This document shows positions 1-7,647 of a stretch of 64,000 nucleotides of DNA, piece after piece (within the stretch, counting starts at the first letter, position 1; every line of letters begins with the position of its first letter). Position numbers and translations under genes: made by a program. This DNA comes from Candidatus Micrarchaeota archaeon. Lineage in GTDB: Archaea > Micrarchaeota > Micrarchaeia > Norongarragalinales > SBBD01. Location: the NCBI GenBank assembly GCA_043806595.1, contig JAZDGU010000004.1:8353-72352 (forward strand), given 5' to 3'. The notes under the pieces are model-generated. The model saw only the letters and a program-made list of their open reading frames with translations. It searched no databases and was not told where the DNA came from.

Positions 1-750
1 GAGCGTGGAACGGAAGTCATGTACAACGGCGTGCCGATAAGCAAGGTCGTCGGCGAGGGCATGGGGATCGGCGACGTAATCGGGCTGCTGTGGTTCAAGA
101 AGAGGCTGCCGCCGTATGCAAGCAAGTTCGTCGAATTGTGCCTGATCATCAGCGCCGACCACGGCCCCGCGGTTTCCGGCGCGCACAACACGATCGTCGC
201 CAGCAGGGCCGGAAAGGACGTGATATCGAGCCTCTGCTCGGGGCTGCTGACCATCGGGCCCCGATTCGGGGGGGCGCTGGATGACGCGGCGAGGTATTTC
301 AAGGAGGCGAAGGACTCGGGCATGGCGCCGCAGGAGTTCGTCGACAGCATGAAGAAGAAGGGCGTGCTGATTCCCGGCATCGGCCACAGGATAAAGAGCG
401 TGCAGAACCCGGACGAGAGGGTGACGCAGCTCAAGGAATACGCCAAAAAGCACTTCAAGTCGACGAAATACCTGGACTACGCGCTCGAGGTCGAGAAAAT
501 CACCACGGGCAAGCGCAACAACCTCATCCTCAACGTCGACGGGTGCATGGCGGTGCTGTGGCTGGACCTGCTGACGTCCTGCGGGGAATTCTCCGAGGAA
601 GAGGTCAAGGACCTCGCGGAGGGCGGGTTCTTCAACGGGCTTTTCGCGCTCGGCAGGAGCATCGGGCTCATCGGCCACGCGCTCGACCAGAAGCGCCTGA
701 AACAGCCCCTGTACCGGCACCCGTGGGACGACATACTCTTTGTCAAGTGA
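1..750 (+). CDS. ATP-citrate lyase / citryl-CoA lyase, citrate-synthase-like C-terminal domain (5' partial, runs off window start)
   Basis: Translation ([16 protein letters not shown] ... NLILNVDG ... [29 protein letters not shown]) closely matches, from memory, the C-terminal citrate-synthase-like region of ATP-citrate lyase. The reading frame is open from base 1. Confidence 0.75.
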   Translation, partial: ERGTEVMYNGVPISKVVGEGMGIGDVIGLLWFKKRLPPYASKFVELCLIISADHGPAVSGAHNTIVASRAGKDVISSLCSGLLTIGPRFGGALDDAARYFKEAKDSGMAPQEFVDSMKKKGVLIPGIGHRIKSVQNPDERVTQLKEYAKKHFKSTKYLDYALEVEKITTGKRNNLILNVDGCMAVLWLDLLTSCGEFSEEEVKDLAEGGFFNGLFALGRSIGLIGHALDQKRLKQPLYRHPWDDILFVK

Positions 751-846
751 CCCACCATTCGCCTGCCTTCAGCCAATCGATCCAATACGTGCAACAAAGT
801 AAAGCATTTAAAGTAAGTGCTTGCACATATAATGCGGGTGGAGGCC

Positions 847-1071
847 ATGGTGAACGTCACGGTGTCGGTTCCGGAGGATTTTAAGAAGGAGTTGGATAGG
901 CGGGCGGAAATCAACTGGTCGGAAGTCGCAAGGCAGGCTTGGAAGTCGAAGCTGGACCAGCTGGAGCTCCTCGACAGCCTGACTGCCAAAAGCAAGGCGA
1001 CTGACGAGGACATCGAGGAATTGGGCCGGATGCTCAGAAAAAACATGGCCGACAGGCACAAGAAGGCGTGA
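847..1071 (+). CDS. RHH-type antitoxin (paralog 1 of 3)
   Basis: 74 aa, MVNVTVSVPEDFKKELD ribbon-strand then helices. SD GGTGGAGG upstream. Stop overlaps GTG start of the downstream PIN gene. Paralogous to the 21090 and 56672 genes (shared M-x-N-V-T-x-S-x-P N-terminus). Confidence 0.6.
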   Translation: MVNVTVSVPEDFKKELDRRAEINWSEVARQAWKSKLDQLELLDSLTAKSKATDEDIEELGRMLRKNMADRHKKA

Positions 1072-1478
1072 ACTTGGAGGTCGTGGCAGACACGAACGTA
1101 ATCGTGGCGGCAATCCTGCGGAGGGGGCTTACGCGCAACCTCATCTTCAGCGCAGGGTTGCAACTGATTTCGCCGGATTTCGCATATCAGGAAATCAAAA
1201 ACCACGAGGAAGAGTATCTAAAAAAGTCGGGACTCGAACACAAGGCTTTCGAGCGATCCGTCGAAATCGTGCTTTCGCGAATCACGCCAATACCTGAAGA
1301 GGAATACGGGGGCCAACAAGCGACTGCCAAGGAATTCTCCCCGGATTTGGCGGACTGGCCTTTCTTTGCCTTGTCTCTTGTGAAAAAATGTCCTCTCTGG
1401 AGCAACGACCGCGTGTTGAAAAAGCAAAACCGCGTGCAAGTGATAAGCACGCCGGAACTGCTGGAAATGCTCGGATAA
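1068..1478 (+). CDS. PIN-domain toxin (VapC-like, paralog 1 of 3)
   Basis: 136 aa with acidic PIN residues (VVADTNVIV ... SNDRV). 4-bp overlap with the upstream antitoxin. Paralogs at 21316 and 56909. Confidence 0.7.
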   Translation: MNLEVVADTNVIVAAILRRGLTRNLIFSAGLQLISPDFAYQEIKNHEEEYLKKSGLEHKAFERSVEIVLSRITPIPEEEYGGQQATAKEFSPDLADWPFFALSLVKKCPLWSNDRVLKKQNRVQVISTPELLEMLG

Positions 1479-1576
1479 TAAAAGCAGCCACCCCACCGGC
1501 ACTTCATGCGTGCGGCATACTGTTTGTCAGGTAGCGAAACCGTGGGCCGCATGCAGTGCACGGCCGGCAGGCGAAA

Positions 1577-1723
1577 TCACGGCATATGGAAGACGCCCCA
1601 GAGGAGGATTCCCGCGACGAGCAGGAATTGGCCGAAGCCATCGCCTTGGACGGTCAGCCACGTGCCGATAACCAGCGCGCCGTACGCCGCGTAGTCGTAC
1701 GATGAAATGCCGCCGCCGCTCAT
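1577..1723 (-). CDS. small membrane protein (48 aa)
   Basis: Hand-translated: MSGGGISSYDYAAYGALVIGTWLTVQGDGFGQFLLVAGILLWGVFHMP. AGGGTGAA SD 8 nt upstream. Below the ORF-track size cutoff. Convergent with PIN module 1. Confidence 0.4.
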   Translation of the reverse strand: MSGGGISSYDYAAYGALVIGTWLTVQGDGFGQFLLVAGILLWGVFHMP

Positions 1724-1751
1724 CGGAAAATTCACCCTAACAATCCGCTAT

Positions 1752-2465
1752 TCAATGGTAGAGTTCGGCGAAGACCTTCTCCTTGGGCGCGCCCAGCTGG
1801 AGCAGCTTCTCGCGCGTCTTTTCGGCCATTATCGGCACGCCACAGGCGTAGAATTCCTTGTCCCCCGCATCGCGCCCGAACAGCCGCTCGATGAGGTCGG
1901 GCACGAAGCCCTTCTCACCCTTCCAGTCGCCGACATCCTCGTCGCTCAAGACCGGGTAGTAATGGAAGTTCTTGTGCGATTCCGCCAGCGCCCGGAATTC
2001 CTTGTCGTAGATTATCTCGGACTGGTTGCGGATGCCGAAGAGGAGCCACACCTGCCTTGCGGTGCCCTCCCCGAACATTAGGTCGAGCATGGACTTGAAT
2101 GGCGCTATGCCCGTGCCGCTCGCGCAGAATACGACGTCCTGCTCGTTGCCCTTCAGGCCGAACATGCCGTACGGGCCTGAGACTGTGACGGGGCTGCCGG
2201 GCGCGAGGTCGCACAGGTAGTTCGAGCCGGGGCCTTGCGGCACGCGCTTGATGCAGAGCTCGAAAAAGCGTTTCTCCAGGGGGCTGCTGGCGAAGGAATA
2301 CGGCCGCGGGAGCTCCTTTCCGTCCGGCAGGGGGACGTGCGCCATGGCGAACTGGCCGGGCTTGAACGAGAAGGGGTTCGACGCCTCCACGGAAATCCTG
2401 ACGAGGTGCACCGTCGGCGTCGCCTGGACGTTCTCCACCACCGTGGCTTGAATTTTCTGTACCAT
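1752..2465 (-). CDS. FAD/NAD(P)-binding oxidoreductase (ferredoxin-NADP reductase-like)
   Basis: 237 aa with RPYSFAS (RxYS FAD motif) and CASGTGIAPF (NAD-binding GTG motif). The FNR-like two-domain layout is inferred from these motifs. Confidence 0.7.
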   Translation of the reverse strand: MVQKIQATVVENVQATPTVHLVRISVEASNPFSFKPGQFAMAHVPLPDGKELPRPYSFASSPLEKRFFELCIKRVPQGPGSNYLCDLAPGSPVTVSGPYGMFGLKGNEQDVVFCASGTGIAPFKSMLDLMFGEGTARQVWLLFGIRNQSEIIYDKEFRALAESHKNFHYYPVLSDEDVGDWKGEKGFVPDLIERLFGRDAGDKEFYACGVPIMAEKTREKLLQLGAPKEKVFAELYH

Positions 2466-2528
2466 TCAAATGCACCGGCACAATTTGGGCGGCAACGGTT
2501 TTTAATGTCTGCGTAGGGTACATTCCGC

Positions 2529-2975
2529 ATGGAGACGCTCGCGAGGAAAATGCGGGGGCAGGGATTCACTTTCGCCGGGATATGCAGGCCTCAGGATAAC
2601 TACGTCCAGATCCGGCTCGTCAAAAACCGGGGAAAAATCACGCGAAAAGGGCTCGAAAGGCTCGGAGCCGCCGCAAGGGAATTCGAGAGACGGCAGGGAG
2701 CGCGCGACCTGTATACGGAATCTGCGAGCCGAGCAATTTTAAACGACATCAGGGGCTACGCCCGGACCGCGAGGAGGCTCCTTTCGCGGAAACCGGAGCC
2801 GGAGCCGCTGGAAGGCCTCAGGGGCATCAATGCGCAGGTACGGCACATAAAAGGCTGGAAGAGGGAAGTGGTAATTGACCTGTTCGCGAAGGGAAGCCCG
2901 GGGCACACGAAGCGCTTCAGCGATGAAACAGTAGGGGCGATTGAATCGGCGATGCGTGCGGTGCGCCGCCGGTGA
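2529..2975 (+). CDS. hypothetical protein
   Basis: 148-aa ORF in intergenic space between flanking genes, non-repetitive composition. No domain recognised. Confidence 0.35.
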   Translation: METLARKMRGQGFTFAGICRPQDNYVQIRLVKNRGKITRKGLERLGAAAREFERRQGARDLYTESASRAILNDIRGYARTARRLLSRKPEPEPLEGLRGINAQVRHIKGWKREVVIDLFAKGSPGHTKRFSDETVGAIESAMRAVRRR

Positions 2976-2977
2976 AC

Positions 2978-3277
2978 TTAGGCCGGAAGGGCAACCCGGT
3001 CGACAGGAAGCTTGAACCTGAACAAATGCCTGGTGGACTTGCATGGGAGAAGCCTGCCGGATTCCGCCACGCGCATGACCAGCTCCTTTGAGACTGGCAG
3101 GCGCCTCCTACGCGCGCTGACTGAAACGCCGCCGCCCGAATAATCCACGACGACGGCCGGCACCATGCCGATGCCGATTCTTTTCAGGCATGCCAGCCGG
3201 TGGTGGCCGTCGAGCACGACGAAATCCTCGCTCACGACGAGCGGGTGGACGCCGCCGGCGGAGGCGATTTCGGCCAT
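2978..3277 (-). CDS. ParB-like nuclease domain protein
   Basis: VLDGHHRLACLKRIG matches the ParB/sulfiredoxin DGHHR motif. Start chosen at the internal ATG preceded by GGAGAGGGAGGTG. The ORF track extends to 3367. Confidence 0.55.
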   Translation of the reverse strand: MAEIASAGGVHPLVVSEDFVVLDGHHRLACLKRIGIGMVPAVVVDYSGGGVSVSARRRRLPVSKELVMRVAESGRLLPCKSTRHLFRFKLPVDRVALPA

Positions 3278-3347
3278 CACCTCCCTCTCCCGGCGCGCGC
3301 TGGTCCTCTCGTGCGCCTTGAGCAGGGACGTTGGCAACATTACTGGC

Positions 3348-4670
3348 CTAATCCTTGAGCTCGCCATCCAGATACGCCCGGTACCCGTTCAAGTCCAGCA
3401 GGCCGTGGCCGCTGAGGTTGAAGACAATGGCCTTTCCGGCATTGCTCTTCCTGCACGCAAGCGCCTCGTCGATTACTGCGGAAATCGCATGCGCGGACTC
3501 CGGCGCGGGGACTATCCCTTCGGTGTGGGCGAAGAGCAGACCGGCCTCGAAGGTTTTCGCCTGCGGGTAGGCAACGGGCCGCACGAGGCCCTGGTCGATG
3601 AGCAGGGAAACCGCCGGGGCCATGCCGTGGAAGCGCAGCCCGCCGGCGTGTATGGGGGAGGGCACGAAGTCCCTGCCAAGCGTGTGCATCTTCAACAGGG
3701 GGGTCGTGCCCGCGGCGTCGCCGAAGTCGTACTCGTACCTGCCCTTGGTCGTCGACGGGCAGGAAACCGGCTCGACGGCAACGAACTTGGCCGAAGACGT
3801 GCCTTTCAGGCGGTCCTGCATGAAGGGAAACGCGAAGCCCGCGAAGTTGGAGCCTCCGCCGACGCAGCCGATGAGCACGTCCGGGGTATCGCCGGCAATC
3901 TGCAGCTGCGCCTTGGCCTCAAGGCCGATGACGGTCTGGTGCAAGAGCACGTGGTTGAGAACCGAGCCGAGCGAATATTTAGCGCCAGGGTTTGCCGCGA
4001 CCATCTCGAGCGCCTCGCTTATCGCGATTCCGATCGAACCGGGGTGGCCCGGCCGTGCGGCAAGCACCTTGCGGCCGAACCGGGTGCGCTTGCCCGGCGA
4101 GGCGTGGACCTTGGCGCCGTACGACTCCATGAGCGTGCGCCGCATGGGCTTCTGCTCGAAGCTGGCCTTGACCATGAACACCTCCACCTGAAGGCCGAAG
4201 AGCGCGCCGGCATATGCCAGCGCCGTCCCCCATTGGCCCGCGCCGGTCTCGGTGTAAAGCTGCCCTACGCCTTCCTTGGCGTTGTAATACGCCTGCGCGA
4301 CCGCGGTGTTCGCCTTGTGGCTGCCGCACGGGTTGAGCGACTCGTTCTTGAAGTAAATTTTCGCCGGCGTCTTCAGGTAGGATTCGAGGCGTTTCGCGCG
4401 GACCAACGGCGTCGGCCTCCCGAGCCGAAGGAGGGCGTCCCTGACCTCGCCGGGAATGCGTATCCGCGGCTCAGCGCTCATCTCCTGCGCTACCAGCGCC
4501 TTGGGGAATATCGCCTCAAGCGCCGCGGCAGGCACCGGCTCCCTTGTCGCGGGGTGCAGGGGCGGCGGCAACGGCGCCGGCAGGTCGGGGAGAATGTTGT
4601 AATACTCCCGCGGGACGTCGTTCTCGTCCAGCAGTATCTTCACCGGTTCACTTGCGCTCATCCAAATCAC
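3348..4670 (-). CDS. trpB: tryptophan synthase beta chain, TrpB2 type
   Basis: 440 aa with the PLP-lysine region [15 protein letters not shown], a GGGSNFAG loop and an overall TrpB2-like N-terminal extension. Confidence 0.85.
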   Translation of the reverse strand: MIWMSASEPVKILLDENDVPREYYNILPDLPAPLPPPLHPATREPVPAAALEAIFPKALVAQEMSAEPRIRIPGEVRDALLRLGRPTPLVRAKRLESYLKTPAKIYFKNESLNPCGSHKANTAVAQAYYNAKEGVGQLYTETGAGQWGTALAYAGALFGLQVEVFMVKASFEQKPMRRTLMESYGAKVHASPGKRTRFGRKVLAARPGHPGSIGIAISEALEMVAANPGAKYSLGSVLNHVLLHQTVIGLEAKAQLQIAGDTPDVLIGCVGGGSNFAGFAFPFMQDRLKGTSSAKFVAVEPVSCPSTTKGRYEYDFGDAAGTTPLLKMHTLGRDFVPSPIHAGGLRFHGMAPAVSLLIDQGLVRPVAYPQAKTFEAGLLFAHTEGIVPAPESAHAISAVIDEALACRKSNAGKAIVFNLSGHGLLDLNGYRAYLDGELKD

Positions 4671-4975
4671 CCATCGAACAACGCCCTTGCCAGCCGAGTC
4701 GGCACTACGGGCATGAACTTCGAATCCCTACCGCCGCCCTCAAGCAGGCCGAGCGTGCGCATCCGCCGGATCGCCCTGCGGGCCGTCGGCTCGCTGACCC
4801 TGCAGGCCCCCGATACTTCAAGCGCCAGGTGGTAGGAGGAAAGCCGGCCGGAATAGGAATAGGAGTACACGGTCGTGTAGAGCTGGAGCCTGCCGGCGTC
4901 CGAGGAAAGCAACGCACGGCACAGGCGGATGGCTTCAGAATCAGGTTGAGCTAGCGCTGTCCGTGCCCGCGCCAT
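4667..4975 (-). CDS. winged-helix transcriptional regulator
   Basis: 102 aa, HTH-like [20 protein letters not shown]. Stop overlaps the trpB start (ATGA), so it is operonic and a possible trp regulator. Confidence 0.5.
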   Translation of the reverse strand: MARARTALAQPDSEAIRLCRALLSSDAGRLQLYTTVYSYSYSGRLSSYHLALEVSGACRVSEPTARRAIRRMRTLGLLEGGGRDSKFMPVVPTRLARALFDG

Positions 4976-5149
4976 CGGCGGGCCCCGACCTCGAATGCTT
5001 GGACGTTTGCCTGCTCCATTTGATACCGGAAGGGTATTGGCGGCCCAAGGAATATAAGCGTTTTCAGTCAGCGCGCTGACGGAGGCCGCCTGAGTTCAAC
5101 GCACGGTTTAAAAGCCGGGGGGAGCGGAAGACTTGCTGGTGAAAAGAAA

Positions 5150-5287
5150 ATGCCGAAAGCCACGCACGTCTGCGCCGGAACCTGCGGCGCAAGGATCACC
5201 CGCGAGGAGTACGGGAAGGGGCTGCACGCCTGCGGCGCCAAGACCTGCAGCCACCATGGGAAGCCTTTTAAGAAGGTAGCAAACTGA
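5150..5287 (+). CDS. small Cys/His-rich putative metal-binding protein (45 aa)
   Basis: Hand-translated: MPKATHVCAGTCGARITREEYGKGLHACGAKTCSHHGKPFKKVAN. GGTGAAAAG 7 nt upstream. The competing minus-strand ORFs here are low-complexity Ser/Pro runs. Confidence 0.35.
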   Translation: MPKATHVCAGTCGARITREEYGKGLHACGAKTCSHHGKPFKKVAN

Positions 5288-5302
5288 TTTCCAGCGGTCG
5301 AA

Positions 5303-5455
5303 ATGCCAAGGAAGAAGAAGGCAACGGGCGGAGGCCCCGGCGGGGGCATGGATGCACCCGCGGGTATAGAGGGCGAGGACCTCGACCTGCTCAAGACGCT
5401 GCGCGCGCGGCGCAAGGCGGAGCTTGAGGAGCTCGCAAAGCAGGAGGATGACTGA
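5303..5455 (+). CDS. small basic/Gly-rich protein (50 aa)
   Basis: Hand-translated: [50 protein letters not shown]. No SD, so speculative. Confidence 0.3.
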   Translation: MPRKKKATGGGPGGGMDAPAGIEGEDLDLLKTLRARRKAELEELAKQEDD

Positions 5456-5513
5456 AGACATCTGATTATGGCAGACAAATTCCTGACGCACCCGAAAAAT
5501 GAGGGGGAAGGAA

Positions 5514-5933
5514 ATGGGCGAGCGCATCGTCAGACACCCTGACGCCGAAGGAAGGATACTGATAGATTCCGGGGGAGAGGTTCGCGGGCGCATCCGCTAC
5601 AGCTCCCGCATTGGACAGCGAATCACGAAAATCCGCATGCATGGATTGAACCACTTCATTCTCCCATCAAGCGAGGGCGGAGTCAGAATCCTCAATCGCT
5701 TGCTGGGAAAAATAATAAGGACCGGCCTGCGCGGTCGTTCGGGGGTATTCCAGAATCCGTTGGGAGGCGAACCGCTGCTTGTTCACGACGGACGGGTGCT
5801 TGGGCGCATTATTGCGAGCGGCAACCCGAGGGAAGGCCTTATGGCCGTTCAAACAGGCGCCAGAATGCACGTAGTCGGCCCGATCCCCACGGAGACTGCA
5901 AGAGCAATCGCAGCGGCCATCAGGAAAGGATAG
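5514..5933 (+). CDS. hypothetical protein
   Basis: 139 aa from the ATG preceded by GAGGGGGAAGG. No domain recognised. Confidence 0.45.
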   Translation: MGERIVRHPDAEGRILIDSGGEVRGRIRYSSRIGQRITKIRMHGLNHFILPSSEGGVRILNRLLGKIIRTGLRGRSGVFQNPLGGEPLLVHDGRVLGRIIASGNPREGLMAVQTGARMHVVGPIPTETARAIAAAIRKG

Positions 5934-5994
5934 GCCACAGGTGCCGGAAAGTGACATAATGCAAGCCGCACGATGCGGACACGCGGGTCGGAGA

Positions 5995-6720
5995 CTACGA
6001 ATAGGCGGGGTTGTTCTGCATCTCGTCGTAGTCGGTGTGCATGGCCTTTATCTTGCTCATGTTGTCCGCGATTTTCTCCTGAATCGCCTTGCCCTCGGCC
6101 TCGAGCTGCTTGACGTCGACGTCCAGCCCCACGACGGCCTTGACCTTGTTCAGCAGCATTGCCGCGCGCTGGGGCGCCATCGGCAGGTCCACCTGCACCA
6201 GCAGGTTCGCCGCGGGGATGCCCTCGGAGGCGCATTCCGCGATGAGGATGCCGCTCACGCCCTGCGTCGCGCCCTCGCGCACGAGCTCTATGTCGAACTT
6301 GCGGAGCTTGTCGGCCATCTTCTTCGTCGAGCAGATGCCATAGACCTTGGAATCCGGGGTCTGCGACGCTATGCCAGCGAGGGAGTAGATTTCCGAGGCG
6401 TTCTTGTCCTTGGCGTACTTGATTATGCGCTGCGAGAGCGCGTAGACGACCTCCGCGGGTATCATGAACTCGGAAAAGAGGATGATGAGGTTGTGCTCCT
6501 CGCTCGCGTAGATGCGCGCCGGGGACATCGGCACGAAGTCGTGTATCGCGGCAATCGGCGGGAAGTGCGAGCTCTGTATGTAGCCGACGAGTTTCATCTT
6601 CAGCTTGTCGGCGAGGAACGAGGAGGAAATCGTGCCGATCATGCCGACGCCGGGGAATCCCTCGATGATTACGGGGTTCTTCAGCCTGACCTTTGCTACT
6701 TCGCGGATTTCCACGAGCAC
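5995..6720 (-). CDS. proteasome assembly chaperone PAC2 family protein
   Basis: 241 aa. IIEGFPGVGMIG is recalled from memory as the PAC2/ATP-grasp-like signature. Typical archaeal size. Confidence 0.7.
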   Translation of the reverse strand: MLVEIREVAKVRLKNPVIIEGFPGVGMIGTISSSFLADKLKMKLVGYIQSSHFPPIAAIHDFVPMSPARIYASEEHNLIILFSEFMIPAEVVYALSQRIIKYAKDKNASEIYSLAGIASQTPDSKVYGICSTKKMADKLRKFDIELVREGATQGVSGILIAECASEGIPAANLLVQVDLPMAPQRAAMLLNKVKAVVGLDVDVKQLEAEGKAIQEKIADNMSKIKAMHTDYDEMQNNPAYS

Positions 6721-6730
6721 GGCGACTCCC

Positions 6731-6835
6731 CTAGAATTTGGTGAAGACGGTCTTCGCGTAGTATGCGACTATCGTCACGAACAGCACGGCCGTGCCGACC
6801 AGCAGAAGATACTCGATTGCAGCCTGCGCCTTCAT
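6731..6835 (-). CDS. Flp-like type IV prepilin (class III signal peptide), 34 aa
   Basis: Hand-translated: MKAQAAIEYLLLVGTAVLFVTIVAYYAKTVFTKF. AQAAIEYLLL resembles the Flp/archaeal prepilin processing motif (G/A-x-x-A-I-E-Y). ATGA-overlapped with the upstream TadC-like gene. Confidence 0.55.
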   Translation of the reverse strand: MKAQAAIEYLLLVGTAVLFVTIVAYYAKTVFTKF

Positions 6836-7647
6836 GCGAACACCCGCGCGCCCGCCACCGCCCGGAAAACGAGCAGCGAAAACGGGGCAACAATACACAG
6901 ATACACGCCCGCTTTTTTAATGTTCCCCTCCTGCAGCGCCACGAAGCACGAGGACAGCGCGGAGAAGAGGAACAGGTAGAGCTGGCAGGCGAGAAAGAAC
7001 GCCGGCGGCACCGGCGCCGCGCCGTCAAGGGAGGCAAGGGACGCGCTCGACTGGATAAGGGAGCCGAGGATGAAGGGAAGCAGCAAGGCAGCCGCGGCGA
7101 GCAGCGTGTACTTCTGCAGGGACGCCAGCGCGGCGCCCTCTTCCGACAGGCGGAGCATTTCCCCGGCGTCCTCGGCGACGCCGTGGACCGCGCGCGAGAG
7201 CTGGCCGCCGGACTCGTGGAGCGAGACAAGCATGCGGGAGGCGCGCGAGAACGCGGGGGAGCCGTATTCTGCGGAGACCGCGGCGAACGCCCTGGCTGCT
7301 GGCACGCCGCGCCCGGCCATGGCAGAAACCCGCGCGAACGCGGAGCCGGTCTCGCCGCCGCAGGACGCGGCCTCGCAAAGCAGCTTCTCGAAGGGGGCGC
7401 CGGGAGGGGCCGAGGTCATGCGGAACAGCGCGGAGGGCAGGCCAAGCTCGAGGCCGCGGACTCTCCTTGAGAAGGCGTATTCCTCGAGCGCGGGGACGAG
7501 GAGCAGCGCTGCTGCCGCGGAATATGCGATGAGCAGGTAATCCGCTGCGAGGCCGCGGAACGCCGCGAACGCGACCGCGGAAGCGAGAATTGACGCGACG
7601 AAGTAATGGGGCAGCCTGCTACGGAAGTACTGCCATGCGGGTCCCAT
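6832..7647 (-). CDS. TadC/GspF-domain membrane protein (one T2SS-F domain)
   Basis: 271 aa, TM segments at both ends with a cytoplasmic GspF-like core (LVSLHESGGQLSRAVHGV). ATG abuts the stop of the 1129-aa gene. Confidence 0.55.
   Translation of the reverse strand: MGPAWQYFRSRLPHYFVASILASAVAFAAFRGLAADYLLIAYSAAAALLLVPALEEYAFSRRVRGLELGLPSALFRMTSAPPGAPFEKLLCEAASCGGETGSAFARVSAMAGRGVPAARAFAAVSAEYGSPAFSRASRMLVSLHESGGQLSRAVHGVAEDAGEMLRLSEEGAALASLQKYTLLAAAALLLPFILGSLIQSSASLASLDGAAPVPPAFFLACQLYLFLFSALSSCFVALQEGNIKKAGVYLCIVAPFSLLVFRAVAGARVFA

Noticed and set aside
3165-4835. 556-aa plus-strand ORF
   Set aside because: Antisense to the well-supported trpB2 gene. Arg/Ala/Gly-rich composition typical of high-GC reverse-frame artefacts.
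5068-5593. Two overlapping minus-strand ORFs (136 and 161 aa)
   Set aside because: Low-complexity Ser/Pro/Ala runs. The forward-strand micro-ORFs with SD are more plausible.
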